A stretch of 60,929 bases of DNA, counting the filler, from Gonapodya sp. JEL0774 (taxonomy: Eukaryota), in the NCBI GenBank assembly GCA_027604505.1. It is 6 parts of 6 records of this genome, joined end to end, with 100 filler letters (N's around TTAATTAATTAA, not from the genome) between each part and the next. Parts side by side here need not be neighbours in the genome. Positions count along the whole stretch, not along the records: positions 20,419 to 30,510 come from JADIIX010000393.1; positions 30,611 to 40,670 come from JADIIX010000394.1; 4 more parts are not named here. The stretch is one strand, 5' to 3'. The notes below the pieces were generated by a model. The model was not told the DNA's origin, did no database searches, and saw nothing but the letters and a program-made list of their open reading frames with translations. The position numbers were made by a program, and so were the translations under genes. Position 1 is the first letter of the stretch, and every line of letters begins with the position of its first letter. Below, in pieces: positions 26,735 through 40,245 of the stretch.

Positions 26735-28722
26735 CGTCGAGTGTGCACTTTTCTCTTTTTGGGTTGTAGCTCCTTTCCCCTTTATTTATTATGTTGTAAA
26801 GAACCACACCCCCCGTCACTCATAAGGAGGGTAACCAATGCCACTACTGCACAGTTCAACTCACTACCTCGGCTAATCACCCACGCAATTGTTCACGCCC
26901 TGTTGAACCCCTTCCACCCAGGCGCCCAAAAGCCCTCCCTCCAGGTACCCCTCTGGGATGGAACAAGACTTGGGCCTTCTCGTGTCAATGGTGTATCGAC
27001 AAGGACTTCGGTGACCCGTTGTTGGGCGATGGCAACGGCGGCGCCGATCAGGGGGAACATGAAAAAGCGCGTTGGGCGGCCAGCTGGGTAGGGTTTCAAG
27101 CCATGCGTGGAGTACGAGAAGACAGCTCCGTGTTAATAGCTTGAAACGATTCTAAAGTCCCATGGCGAATTGTTTCCACAACAAATGGGTGTCGCCAAAT
27201 TGCACAACTAGATTTCCGATTCAAAAATTCCCCTCTGCTTGCTTTCGACAATTTGAATGCTATCTTACTTACAGGCTGCTCCAATCAAAGCCCCTACCAC
27301 TGCACCACCATAGGGAGCATTCCATGAATCCTCGGTCTCGCGAACGTAGTTAGCGACAAACCATTGAGATCCAACGTAGGTAGCAGCCAAAAAAGCTTGA
27401 GGGCGGCGCAGATTAGGCGTGTGATGGTTAAGAGAAATTGTATGGAGAGCAGTTTCAGATGTTGTTTCGCCAAAAGCATAACCGGAAGCAATCCATGTGC
27501 AATTACATCAGACAAGCCGTTTTCCGTTTTAGTCCAGAAGCTGGAGAAGATTCCCGAATCGTCTCTGACACTGCAAAGCCTGATTTTGATTCTCGTGTCC
27601 TTGGACTTCTTATTCGCACATGCCATCGCACTCCATCCTACCTGCTACCACATTTGTCCACATCAATTGCCAGAGTTACGTACCGCCAAGCCCCGTGCCT
27701 CGTGCTGCACCCCTGATGACAGCACCAGTAGCGTTTTGAGTCCACCATCCATGTGCCCCGCCAATGACCGCCCCCGAGTAAGCACCGGCGACTCCCGAGT
27801 GACCAATGACGGACGCAGCCGGTGCCCCGTAGAGAGGATTCTTCTCGTGTGTGTGGATGAAAGCGTTCAAAACATAGGAGTCTGACGGGGGCATTTCGCC
27901 TTCACTCTGTCCTCCTTCGAAAGGGGATGGCAAGAAAACCAGAGAAACGAGGCTCAGATGTGCCAATGAAGATTTTGAAAACGGAAGTTCCCTTGCGGAG
28001 AACTGGAGTGCGCGATGGTGTGTTATCGGCTCGTGTGAGGTGAGTGGGACACCATCCAACACTTGCACAGCAGTGTGTAAATTTTGAACTCCAAACTGGG
28101 GTCGAATTCAGATATATACTTGAACTTCGCGGGCCACGTAATCGCATGCAATGCTTTTTCTGCTCATGTTTGTATGCGGGTTGAGGGGGGAGCCGTGCAC
28201 AATGAATGGGGCGACGTAGAGATTTCTCACCAGGGTTCATCTCCACTCGGAGAAGGGGATATGGGCAGCTTCGATGATGTTGAGGTCGTTTTCGTCATCG
28301 ACCTGAGTAATGGTGTGGAAACCAGCTTGTTGCTGACGGAAAATAAACTCACGAAATGGCTCAACAGGTTTGTACTAATTATTAGCAGCAGTCCATGTGT
28401 GTGCGTAACAAGTATGTCTTTTCTTTTTGGAGGTTTATTCTCGGGTGGATGAGCGGGAGCGGCTGTGGTCTGAGCCGAGACGAATGGCCGTTGGGACAGG
28501 TCTCGTGACCGGGACCGCCGTGTTCTCTTTGCATGAAACACCGAACGGTCTTGAAGAAACAGATTCGATTGATTTATCAGTGGAGTAGGTGAGAATGCGT
28601 CATCGAAAAGAAATCTGGTGCGCTCGTTAATCGCTCATCTCACCAGCGCGCACAACATAGACCCCAATTGGAGGCCGCGCTTGTAAGATCAGTCATAACA
28701 AACAGCTTGAGTAGTCATACGA

Positions 28723-30240
28723 ATGCTTCCTTTACTGGACAACAGTGCTGTGGAAGAGTCATTGCGGTCGAATATTCCCGATCGGTTCCAGACAGACGAT
28801 CTGGGTGGATCTTCTACCTCTGACGGAATCTCTGACCTTGAAATTATAGACCAAGATGATTTTTCCGAGTCGGAGGATGAAGGTCTCGAGCTTGTCACTG
28901 AAGCTTCAGATGAAGAAGGGTCCGTGATCCTAATCCGGAGAAGCGGAACTAGGTCGAACTCCAACATTGAGAGCGACGGCACTGATATGGATGAGTTGCC
29001 CAGGAGCACTTTTCGCGAGAGGCGTGTATCTCTCCTTGTACCGGAGGAGGAGGACACCACCAGTTTCGATGCATCTGAATCTGAATCACCAGCAAAGATT
29101 TCCGAAGAGCTGCAAGACACTCCTTTCATCGATGAGGCTGAGAATGCTACATATCATTGCAAGGATGCAAAGGCGGACGCCACTGTCCAGCATTCTGTTA
29201 TTCGCGCAGATGTTCCGCACGACACAACTACTGATAACCGACGAATAGTGACCACCAGCACAGCAACGGGAGTCCAATCAGACCCTATTGTGAACGTTCG
29301 ACACTCACACACCATATCGCACTCTGTGCCGCTCCTCTCAGTCCCTACCAGCTCAGGCTTTGGTCTTCGCCGTCGACGTGCTCGCGCAACATCTGATGTG
29401 GAGTCTCAACTGCACGATTCGGAACTGGAAACACTGCTGGCAAGGAGGATGCGCCTCATGCGTGGCGCTGTCCCACCAAGGACAGTCGAGTCTGCATTGG
29501 TGAAGATCGTGATGGACGGGAGATCGGGTCAGGGAGAGGGGATGACACCGAGAAGGACAAAGCAAGCACTGAAGAAGTTTGAGGTGGTGCTGGTAGGAGT
29601 CACTGCGATATGGTTAGTTGTTCGCACCATTTTCGTCTGTGAGGACAAGTCCCAAGATCCCACTTGCATGCATAGCCTCGCCATTTTACTTGTCCCGACC
29701 TTTTCTCCACACTGTAACTCTGCCAATGGCTTAACTCTGACTCGCCCAATACCGCGATGTTCCCGAACTCTCTCGGGCAGCAACGCGACTGTCAACGCTC
29801 GCTCCACCTCGTCAGCGCTGTCTATCCCACCCACCAAGAAACTCGCCGTGACGCCGATGAGTTTTCAATTGCCAGCTTCACCGGCTCAACCACTTATCGT
29901 TTACAAGGGTCGTCAGCATCGCTCCCACAAAGTCTCGTTCGCTCGAGCACGAACAACCTCATTGGTTTCCCTGCCGGAGGTTACAAAGGCTCTCACATTT
30001 TCTCACTTTGGAGATGCATTGGGGACCAAAATAGCTGGGCCTATAACCAAGAAACGTGGCAGGAGCATGCACCGAGAGCACCAGAGGGGTGGAACCGATG
30101 TGATCCCCGTGGAGCAATCCCAAGGATTGATTATGGCGCCTCATTCTGCGACCGATCCACTCATGACTGTAGAAGGAACACCTGAAGTAGTTTTGGGCAA
30201 GGTACGCATGTCGCGATTGTCTGTGGGGCTGCCGTTGTGA
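28723..30240 (+). CDS. Hypothetical protein: acidic disordered N-terminus and one TM segment; probably interrupted by an intron near 29612
   Basis: 505-aa ORF, Asp/Glu/Ser-rich, with hydrophobic VVLVGVTAIW followed by a gttagt donor. No family recognised. Confidence 0.5.
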   Translation: MLPLLDNSAVEESLRSNIPDRFQTDDLGGSSTSDGISDLEIIDQDDFSESEDEGLELVTEASDEEGSVILIRRSGTRSNSNIESDGTDMDELPRSTFRERRVSLLVPEEEDTTSFDASESESPAKISEELQDTPFIDEAENATYHCKDAKADATVQHSVIRADVPHDTTTDNRRIVTTSTATGVQSDPIVNVRHSHTISHSVPLLSVPTSSGFGLRRRRARATSDVESQLHDSELETLLARRMRLMRGAVPPRTVESALVKIVMDGRSGQGEGMTPRRTKQALKKFEVVLVGVTAIWLVVRTIFVCEDKSQDPTCMHSLAILLVPTFSPHCNSANGLTLTRPIPRCSRTLSGSNATVNARSTSSALSIPPTKKLAVTPMSFQLPASPAQPLIVYKGRQHRSHKVSFARARTTSLVSLPEVTKALTFSHFGDALGTKIAGPITKKRGRSMHREHQRGGTDVIPVEQSQGLIMAPHSATDPLMTVEGTPEVVLGKVRMSRLSVGLPL

Positions 30241-30510
30241 TAAGGAGAACTGGTATCGCATTTCGAGAACTTTTTCAAACACCACATGAGCTTTGATTAA
30301 ATATTCATAAATGAGCTTTTGATATCATGATTATGTTGCACAATTGAATGATCGTGTTTGCATCGTTGCAGTCTGCGTCTGTGATTCTCCTTTCATCCAA
30401 TATGCGGAATCAAATCCGATATAAATTTGGAATTATTAGGGGATGTGCGCTACACGTTAATTACGAGTAGAAAACAACGAGTTGCACAAAACACAAAACC
30501 ACCAGTAGAG

Positions 30511-30610
30511 NNNNNNNNNNNNNNNNNNNNNNNNNNNNNNNNNNNNNNNNNNNNTTAATTAATTAANNNNNNNNNNNNNNNNNNNNNNNNNNNNNNNNNN
30601 NNNNNNNNNN
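30511..30610. other. Artificial contig linker
   Basis: N44-TTAATTAATTAA-N44. Confidence 0.99.
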
Positions 30611-31643
30611 TGTCGTCGGTTGCTGCAACACACGATTCGTCAAACCAAACCACGCTGACGTCTTCCCAGATACCCAGTGGCTGATAAAAATAATCGTGAA
30701 GCTGCCAATGCAGATGGGAAAGTGAACGATTCTCCCAATGTGAGACAGTGGAGATAATGACGTTCATAAACAACCATGCAGAGCCAAAGTTTCGGCGTTG
30801 AATGCGGCGGCCCCCTGATGAGGTGACGGCTTTATCTGGATTAAGATTTGGATCGACTGATTGGGCTCCAACGTACCTTCATTCTTGTCAGTAGAGAAGA
30901 CGAGAACGAGTCTTTTGATAAGCTGCTCTTCGAAGAGCTGCACAATCTCCGTGATTTTGCCCAAAACTGCATAAAGAAGAATCCCCAAATTGACCAGCAT
31001 GCCCACTCAAACAACGTTGTGACGCTTTGGACATACCACTGGACTGAAGTAAATGGCGACTAAGACCACTCTCGCGATCTAAAAGCAATAAGATCGCCAA
31101 TGGTCGAAATAGAAGAGTTTTACTCGCAAATATGTGAAACAATCCCACATGACTGCATTCACCCACAGTTCGGGTGGCAGAACACAGTTCCGATGTAGAT
31201 AGCGTAGTCTCCCTCGCGTGGTTTCAGTGATTCGCCGGCTTGGCCAACTCGACCCTCGGGTAGCGTTTTCTCGTTTCGATACGCCCCAATAGAAAGTGGT
31301 GCCGAGTCAAGCTCGTACTGCCCCAAAATCCATTTCACTGTTTCGGGAGAGTTTGAAGCTTGAACTCTTATTGTACCGACAATGATTGGAGTGTCTGGAA
31401 TTCGCGCCACGTAAAGACACTCCTGGTGAATCCAACGCCGTAGTTCCTCATCCGAAGACACATCTAGAGTTCTCAGTAGTTCTTGAATTGATGCTCAAAT
31501 GTGGGTAAGAGTTTCTGCTCACCAATTACGGTCTCTTCGCGTTGGTCGGACACTGTATTCCACAGCAACTTGATGTTCGGGGCGTCCTCACTGTTCGCGA
31601 CCTCGATCTGAAGATCCGTGATGGAAATGATTGGAGCACTCAT
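30611..31643 (-). CDS. GNAT-family N-acetyltransferase, 3' truncated at contig end
   Basis: Spliced MSAPIISITDLQIEVANSEDAPNIKLLW...IVGTIRV...IYIGTVFCHPN|YRESGLSRHLL, where motif A is rebuilt across an intron. The frame continues to the linker. Confidence 0.7.
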
Positions 31644-31816
31644 TTTCAAGTTTTTCTCACAGCAATTCGTTTTGGTCGTGTTGTGCTAGACGTACGCTGA
31701 TCGGGGCGTGGCAAGCAGATGCGAAGCACGTGCTGATGACTCCTCATTCAGAATGCTCCGAGGAAAGCGAAGGTTCAATTGTTCTGAAAGCGATTTCCTT
31801 ATCATTGCGACTCGCG

Positions 31817-32917
31817 ATGGATCTTGTCGACTCTCTCTTGCCTTTGACCGGTCTGGAGCCAATTCCACTTCACATCAGCCTTCTCAACAATCTCGCCTAC
31901 GTCGTGTTCCTGGGGTTGTTTCTCCTTTACCTGACGCTGCTTCTACCGCTGACGATCCGGTCCTGGAGAATATTACCGTCTCAATGCCCCGCGCTCGACA
32001 GCACACACTTCAAGCATGTGATCAACAACGATTCAGAATGGTGGATCTTACCATCGTACGAAACATCGCTCAAGATTGCTGTTGCATTGAGTGATGCGCT
32101 GGGGCTTCCGAGCACAGGCGACGCTCTTTATGATGCAGGAGTTCTCGTGCCTATGGGCCATGCAGTTCTCTCAGTGTGCGATATTCTCCTTCGCTCCGAA
32201 CTTTGGACCAGCGAGCGCTTCCGATTAGTCCATCACTTCATTACCATCTACGCATCGTACAAGATGATACAGGAGAGGGAAATTCTCACCAGCTTGATAT
32301 GGGAGCTTCCAGGGTTTTTTCACGTTCTCGGAAACACCGTATGGTATGACTGTGAATGAAATCCTCTTAATGCAAATCTCACTGCGATTTCTGGAAAGGT
32401 ATCTCCTCGGAGACGGCCCAGGAGATCGCCCAGCACTTCTAATACATACTTGTTATGTAGTTTTGGCGATCGGTGAGTATATTTTGGAACCATCCCAGTA
32501 TGTTTGGGGTATTGCCTGTTCGCATCCCATAAATTTCAAATTCTTTCGTTTTTTTTTACATGCGTCTTTACTCGGTGATCGTGGACGAACTCCAACTGGA
32601 TATCTACAGTTGCATGCATAACCACCTTGTTCGATGATGCTCGGAATCCAATAATCTCAGCTCGCGCCTCTTCATATCTTCATCTCTCTACTGCAGCGCT
32701 CACCATCCCGTTTATGGGGATCATTGTCAGTGTGAACAACTGGGCAATGGACTGTGCACATTACACACCTGATGGTCGACACTGTCCCCCACAAATTATG
32801 CCGGCACTGGGTTCGGAGATCAATTTTTGGTGCTACATGGTAGTTGTTACGTTCGTGGTGTGCTGGCTGGCACAAAAACGGATGTCTGCAGCGGTGAAAG
32901 ACATGAATACTTCTTGA
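31817..32917 (+). CDS. Polytopic membrane protein, possibly TLC-domain-like
   Basis: Several TM helices, RLVHHFITIY motif, three exons. Transcribed divergently from the GNAT gene, with about 170 bp between the starts. Confidence 0.55.
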
Positions 32918-33107
32918 CCTGGCTCAGTGACAATGTAGGAGCGAGCAAACACGCATTCTTTGTAAACTTTATGTTGGACGTTCCAATTGATACTTTCCTA
33001 CAGGAACTCAGGGGTTTGGGGGCATTGTTCTGAGGGCTTGGCGGGCCTCTATGTACCCAGAACCATCAACCCTAATTTGCTCCTGTTCTCTGCCGAACCC
33101 TTGATAG

Positions 33108-33436
33108 AAGCAGCATTTATAACGCTTGTTGACGACATTCGAAACCCAGCAACTTCACCCCGAACATCCGCCTACCACGGATTCCGTGGAGCCATCTTTA
33201 CAATTCCATTCATCGGCTGAATTGTGAGCGCAAATAATTGGGCTATGGACTGTGAGCATTATACACCTGATGGCATTCACTGTCCGCCGATGATCTTTGT
33301 TCCATCTTCTTGGGGGTCCAAAATGAATCTGCTAGTTTTCATCACGATTTTGGCTGGCACAGTCTGTTGGTCGGTACAGCGGTTCACAGTGGCCGCGTTG
33401 CAGCGAAACGGAGGAACGCCTAACAAAGCAGCATAG
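33108..33436 (+). pseudogene. Duplicated terminal exon of the upstream membrane gene, with an in-frame TGA
   Basis: Paralogous to 32610-32917 (NNWAMDCxHYTPDGxHCPP in both). Same-phase acceptor ttgatag. TGA at 33218-33220. Confidence 0.75.
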
Positions 33437-33577
33437 CCATGCCGTTGGACAATGTAATGGGAGATCTGTAACATTCACTGTCGACTGTGTTCGGACTTTC
33501 ATGGTAAAATAATTCTAAGGTAACATAAATTGTAACATAAATTAAAATATGAATATTCAACAAGGGTCAACCATTCT

Positions 33578-36551
33578 TCACCACGCAATGGCCGTAGTCA
33601 ATGGCAGCGTCACCGTCTGGCCAGCACTCATTGGAATCCATACCGTTACTGGATCAACCGTGGATGCCTGTTCGTATGTATACGCTGCGTTCCTGCTAGT
33701 CAGGGAAGCTGATGGAATTGCGACGCCGACTTTGCAAGCTTTCAAAGTCGACACCGAAATGCTTGAGAGAGCACGGTTGGCGATGATGAACTTGGTCGTT
33801 ATGCCGCAGGTCTCCCGACCTTCTCTCTCCCTAATAGAGATGAGTGTTTGAGTGTACGTGACTGATCCAACAATAGGGACGGCAAATCTCACCTGTAATA
33901 TTGCGCAAGCGAGTCCATTTTTACTCTTGAGGATGGTACGAGTTGTAACACTCTATCAGACATCATCGGGGTCCTTGTGGACACAGAAGCAAGCACCAAA
34001 CTCACGAAATTATTGGCCAATTCACCATCGCCTTGTACTGCGCAAACATTGTCTCAAACCACTGTTGCAAAATGCCGAGTTTACCTGATGCGCTACCGAT
34101 TGTGACGGATGGCTGGTCGGCGTTTCGCAAGTTTGCTTGGTGGAACATGTGAGGACTGAGAACAAGAAAAACAATCAGTGATGTTCATCGCTCATACCAA
34201 GCGCCTTGCAACTTACTCGTGCCTCAATGTCATCAGAGCAGCAATGACTCGGGAAGACTCTCGTTGGAGGCTTTGTTCGAGAGGATCGTCATTGATCATT
34301 CCCACGATGTTTGCACGACTGTAAGTAGCAGACGGAATGACTCACATTTGGGTCCAGTTGGAAGCTCCGAGAAGCGTCTGATACATTCCGTTGTAAATGG
34401 CAACGTTTTCGGTAACAGTGCTGCAGTGGTAGTAGATCTCGCTTGAGGAACGAATATCGAAACAAACCTTGTTAAATAAGTAAAGAACTTGTGTCAGTTG
34501 GCGATTGCTTACGTGGGCCATCTGGGAATCAAAGCGTAGTTTGCAAAATTAGAGCTAGCAACGGTGGACCGCCACAACGTGTGAACCGGGGAGGGCACGA
34601 GGTTGGTACGGGAGTTGTCTCCGACAATGGTATTGATGTTGGCGGCGGTGAGCGCTTGGAGTACGTCTCCATTGAACGGACCCGAGATTTGCGGAGTGAC
34701 CATGGAGTTTGGAGAGAACCAGGTTTGGCCTGTGAGTCCGAGCACTTGTGCCATGCGCTGGTTCATGACGATTTCTTGCTGGATGTCGTGGGTGGTGGCG
34801 TCATTGAGGTTCTCGTGGGTGAAGCTGGAGTGCCAAAAAAGTGGTGATTGCGTGAGTTGAATTATCAAAATGCAGAAAAGGGTCGCATTTCTGCAATCAC
34901 TCACGTGTGAGATACCCAGTTGAACTGGTTTCGGACAGACGATGATCTGTACGACAAGTCGTTGGAGTTTCGACATCAAAGTGTTTTCGAAGAGTTGCAA
35001 AGTCATGGTCACTTACGAAGTGAAGTAAGCGTACACCGGATCCTTTCCCAGGGTGGTGGAAGGAGACAAGAACCAACTGTACGTGTAAGAAGAGGGCCAT
35101 CGGCTAGTGCCCGTTCCTGGAGTCTTTACATAATCAAGGGTGGTGTATCCCTCAGTGTCGATATCTTTGTGCATCAGATGACTTCAGAGCGGTGCGATTT
35201 GAATGGGATGGAATTATAGCAACCTCCTCACCAATCAACTCAGAAGACCCAATAGCATCCAAGACACCGTTGCCGTTAAAGATAAGCTCCAGTTTAAAGT
35301 TGCTTCCGGTAGGAAGTCGCTTGTTGACGTCGGTTTGCCAGCTGATTATACCTTGCACGTCGGCTTTGGTAATACGGTACGCCACGTCAGGGTTAAGTGC
35401 ACCCTCGGTGGATAAGAAAACGTCATCAATCTGGCCGATGAAGAAAGTGCGACGGAAACCTGAGTGGGTCGTGCAGCCAGGTGATGGAGGATTTAGAATA
35501 GAAAATTAAAGTGGATTGAACAGAGAACAACGAACCTTGGTAGATCCCACGAGTACCCCACTGTAACCACACGTGATTCAAAAAGAGCGATGTTGTCGAC
35601 CAGAACCCAAATGGTGTGTAGAAGGCCATCTGCTGGCGACCGTTGTCGTAAGTGATGACAACAGCGCCGACTGTCTGGCTAGGCCAGGTGGGAGCCAGAG
35701 GTTCGAAGTACACAACTGGTTTGGCTAGAGTGGTATTTGTGATTGTCGCAGGGTAGTGCCAGAGACTGAGAAGTTGGGAAGGAGTGTGAACATATGTACC
35801 GGAGACAATGACACTCGGTAACTGACCCCGCAACAGTGATTTGCGGCGACGTGTTCAGGCCGGCAGCTGTGGCAAATGCTGAGTTCAAAGTGATAGTGTG
35901 CGCGTCGCTAGAGCCGCCGGAAGTTGCGGTGCCGTGGGCTGCTTGAGGCAAATCGTCCAGTGTCACGCGCCGAACGTTGTAGGTCGCTTCGTATTGTTCG
36001 AGCTGGGGACAAACTTGTGAGAAAACACTTCAAAGTAGGTCCCATGCAATCATCTCACGTATGACCATTGTGCGGCTGTGAGAGCGCTGGCCCAAGAAAG
36101 CGAAGCGTAGTTCAAGCTGGCTTGTGCGATGACGATCAAGCTGAGTCAGGAGAAATTGTGGAGTGGTCTTGAACTGATCGTAACACACAATAGGCGAAGC
36201 AAGTAAATCATTCACCTGTACTTGGGATTCCCAGAGGAGTCGACGAGAGGAAGGTTGCCGGTGATTCCCGTGGACGGTACAACAAGGACTTCGTAGGGAA
36301 TGCCGTACGCATCCAAAGTCATGGTAACAGGTACTATACGACGAAAATGTAATGGATCAATCTGAATGGATTTCATGCCCAACAACAGACCGTTGAATCG
36401 ATTAGGACTCACATTCAACTGCACTGTCGCTGGGAGTCACAGTGAGAATGAGAACCTTGTGGGTGAGAGAGAATCCCCGGACAATCGGAAGCGCAACGGT
36501 TAGCAAGGCGAGAGCAGCTAGGAGTAGATTCTTTGACTTGATTCGGGGCAT
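33578..36551 (-). CDS. Secreted Agd3-like polysaccharide deacetylase (CE18-like)
   Basis: Signal peptide, LDAYGIPYEVLVVP, GQIDDVFLST, spliced NWVSHTFTHENL, SPNSMVTPQISGPFNGD, IVGDNSR, PHMFHQANLR, EQYGSDPLT-like tail EQASTVDPVTVWI. Confidence 0.85.
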
Positions 36552-36983
36552 AGTTGTGGAACGAATGGTGGATGATGATTTGGAGACGAAGTGTTTTGCG
36601 ACTCAGGAATTTGAGCGTTCCCTTTAATGAGTGAAGCCAGTAGGCAGAGATAATGCGATCCATTGCTTCCGTGATTCTGCGCTTTCGTGCGAAGACAGAG
36701 GGCGAAGATGTTCTGAGGGTTATGTAAACGTTCTTCGGGTCAAGGTTCAACCGTGCTGTGGTCCCCGTCCCTCTATTCGCCGTTCTGAAAACTGGTGTCA
36801 CCAAACAATTCACGGAGAGCCAATGATCTCGCAAAATACAATCAGTAATTACAAAAAGACGGAAGTCCTTACACTAGCACGATTCACATTTTGTATCATT
36901 TTGGCATGAACAACCTCTCCCGGTATTGCAGCTGTTCCAATTCATACCCGGAAATGTCCTGCTTCAGGAGTTCCATCACGTAG

Positions 36984-37622
36984 CTACTCTTGTTCATCTT
37001 CGAAGACCGTGAGTGTCTCTGTCACCACCGAGGTTACTACGAGAATTTGCGGTTCGCCATTTCCTTCTTCACCCTGCGCGACCTGTTGGCCCTGTTCCTC
37101 TTCCTCCTCATCATCATCACCATAAATCACAAACCTCTCTACTCTAAGTTCATGCTCTTGTTCACCAGTTTCCTCTGCTTGACCTTCCGATATGTCCGCA
37201 ACTGCCGGAAGCACGTCATCGTATGATACAACCTCCGGCGCCGGGGCAGGCCAGTTCTCCATCGTCGCGAGTTCATCTCCAAGTACAATTTCGTCCAGTT
37301 CCGGTCCCTCTTCACCAGGCTCATCTGCCGCCCAGTCCCGTAGCTTGGGCATCGTGTCCAGAACACCTGACACGAAGGAGAACCATCACAACAGCAAGGT
37401 CTACATCGTAGTGAAAATGAAGATACTGGGAAAACTCTTACCTGATCTATCGAGTCGAATGGCATTAACAGCCATCAGACAAAGGCACGCGAGAAGGGTG
37501 ACGAATATCCAATGGACGGGGAAGCGGGCGGGACGAGAGGAGGAGGAAAGACGGGAGGGCGGGTACGAAGGAGAAGAGTTGTTTATTGGACCAGGCGTTC
37601 CGTTCGAGGGTGGTTCGGTCAT
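36984..37622 (-). CDS. Hypothetical type II membrane protein with very acidic C-terminus
   Basis: MTEPPS...WIFVTLLACLCLMAV..RS joins via G|gtaag...gtgtcag|GT in frame to the Glu-rich ORF 36984-37373. Confidence 0.55.
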
Positions 37623-37828
37623 CAGAAGCTGAGGGGGAAAGTGGGCATCGTGATTATGGGCTTCTGAGCGGTAATCGGTGCCACGAGTTTGGTATGACCG
37701 AGCTTTGATATCCGTGGATGTCAAGGAACAACAGTGAAAAACTGCGTGCCATAAAGTACACACGATCGAGACCAGCTCAAGCACGAATCCGTGCTAAGTC
37801 CCCGAACGCTGACACAAGAACACAACAA

Positions 37829-40245
37829 CTACGCATCCTCCAACACAGCCCAGCCCAACCCACCCACTCCCGCCATCGCCGTGGCCGCCACTCCATACGC
37901 CAACTCCCCACCAACCGACCAATACAACCCACACGCCAACAAGGGCCCCAGCGCCCTGCCCAACTGTCCCGCCGACCGAAACTTGCCCAACACCGCACCC
38001 CCGTCTTCCACCGCCTCGGCGACCTCGGACGCCCCGGGACCAGTGTAGCTCCCACCACTGCTCGGACCCGCCGAGCACGCCTGGCTCACCACGCTGTTCA
38101 TGACGTTGACCACGGTGCCGCTCGCGAAGGCCAAGAAGGCCGATCCGGCGTACAGGCCCGTTTCGGACTTGGCTGCTCCGAGGATGCCGAGGCCGATACA
38201 GCATGCGCAGAGGCCCTGGAGGATGACGGTGCGCTCGCCGACGCGACGGGCGTGCCGGCGCACGTAGCCGCCTTGTACAAGAGACGACAGCAGACCGATG
38301 AAGGAGAAGAGAAGGCCTTGGGAGGTGTGAGTGTAGGAGAAGCGATCACTGGTGCACGGAAAGAGGGTTGGCAGTGGGGTGACGGACGGAGTGGAAGAGG
38401 TGAAACACACCGAAACGGCGTGTCAGAGCTGACGCTGCGATTCGCGCCACCAGGAATGAATTCCAACACTCACAAGGTCAAAAATGGCACGGTAAACTCC
38501 ATTCCGGAGAATATGAGCAAATACGTCCAGTGCAACGCCGACATGACGTACAACAACCTCTTCTTCTGAGCCTTCGTGCGGATCCTGGTTTTCTTGACAT
38601 TTACCGTCGAGAGTCCGTTCCCATTCACAGCGTGACCGTTTCCAACTCCGTTCGATTCTGCCTTCTTCCCATCAACCAGTTTTAACCTCTCCCTCCAACC
38701 TTTTGTTTCCTCCACACCTCGCAAGTACACACACTCGATCATGATAAGGCCCGCCGCGAGCATGGCTGCGCCAGAGTATGGATAGATGGGCCATGGGGAA
38801 AGGTCAGAGAGCCACTGGGGGATCCGGAGGTTGGCGAAGTAGGCGCCTAGCGGGGGGCCGAGAGTGAAGCCAAGGCTGAATGCGAGGCCAACAAGGGCCT
38901 ATTTGTCAGGAATGCAGGTAGTCAGCATCACTGGATTTTGCTTTGAGCAGTCACCGCATACTAAGTTTTCTCGGTGATTCCGCATTCTTCTGCTTCTCCT
39001 AATATTCCTGTATAATTCAGTATTCCGGTTTCCTGTTTCTTCCTTCCTAGGAGAGCCCGTAGCGTCCGTCTTACCATAACACTTCACTCGATTTTTTGTT
39101 CTTTAGCGGGGTGGAGCGTCCGAGAATTCCTTCCTTCCATCCTCCACCATGGTGGGGCTTTAACACTCCCTCAAACCCTTCTGAACAATCCATCCACACT
39201 CACCATCCCTCTACTCCGTTCCTCCTCAGTGGTCACATCTGCGATCATCGCCAGACTAAGCTGCACGTTGCCCTCGAACAACCCGCCCACAGTGCGAGAG
39301 AGGATAAAGACGGGAAATGTACGGGCGAACACCCAGAGGAGGGTGGAGACGAGGTTGCCGGCCTAATGTTTATAATACACGTGAGAGAAATGCCGCCGGT
39401 TCAAGGCGAGACAGGTCGTGCAGCATTCAATCCTGGTCCAATGCAGAACCGTCAGGCACTCCCCATTCCCTTTCCGCAGCGATCTCATCCCGTTTACTCA
39501 CTCATTCAAAATTTGTGTCGGAGACTCAGACTGCGTCAGACTGATATTGATGTTCACCGTTCGCCTCTCATTGAACTGAACCAGGTTCGTTGATTTTGAG
39601 AGGTTGGAACCCAACACACACCAACAGCTTCGACCTCATATAAACCCATGGCTCCTCTGTTCCACTTCTCTGAGTGCATTTTACTCACCATGGTGACGAA
39701 CAGGACCTGTTTCCGTCCAAACCTGTCAGACATCCACCCAATCCAAGGAGACACGATAAACTGGAGCATGGAGAAGAGGGAGCCCACGAGACCCCCCAAA
39801 AGCACAACATCAATGCGAGGGTTGTTTCGGAGGGAGGGGTCTGTTGAGGCGAGTCGGGAGAGTGCTGTTCGGATGGGATGGAGGAAGTGGGACAAGAGGG
39901 AGTCCTGGAAGAGTAACGGGACAGTCAGTTGCGCTTGACCATAATGTAGTCACTCGAGAGGGATTGAATCATAGTAAATTATCATGGTCAGCAAATGGAG
40001 TGCTCCACCACAATTGGGAGGTCCCTTCTTCCCGCGCTCCCCGTTCCAAAACTCACCTGAACGCCATCTTCCTTCTCGGATCTCATGTAATGATCCAGAA
40101 GTCTCGGCATGAGCGGCAAAATGATGGTGAATGACAGTATGTCGATGAGGAGCGCGACAAAGACTCTCTTTAAGGTTCTGGCGACGAACGGGTGTTGATT
40201 CGGTTTTGCGGGTACCGCCGTCCCCGTCTTAGGCAGTGATGCCAT
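37829..40245 (-). CDS. MFS transporter, MFSD10/TETRAN (tetracycline-transporter-like)
   Basis: LLIDILSFTIILPLMP, motif A GWMSDRFGRK, SRTVGGLFEGNVQLS, AFSLGFTLGPPLG, FSGMEFT, LGKFRSAGQLGRALGP. Confidence 0.92.

Noticed and set aside
26900..28600. Cluster of 100-170-aa ORFs on both strands
   Set aside because: No motifs or coherent splice pattern; probably intergenic or UTR.
33218..33220. In-frame TGA as selenocysteine or programmed readthrough
   Set aside because: The aligned residue in the paralogous exon is Ile, not Cys, and no SECIS was recognised.
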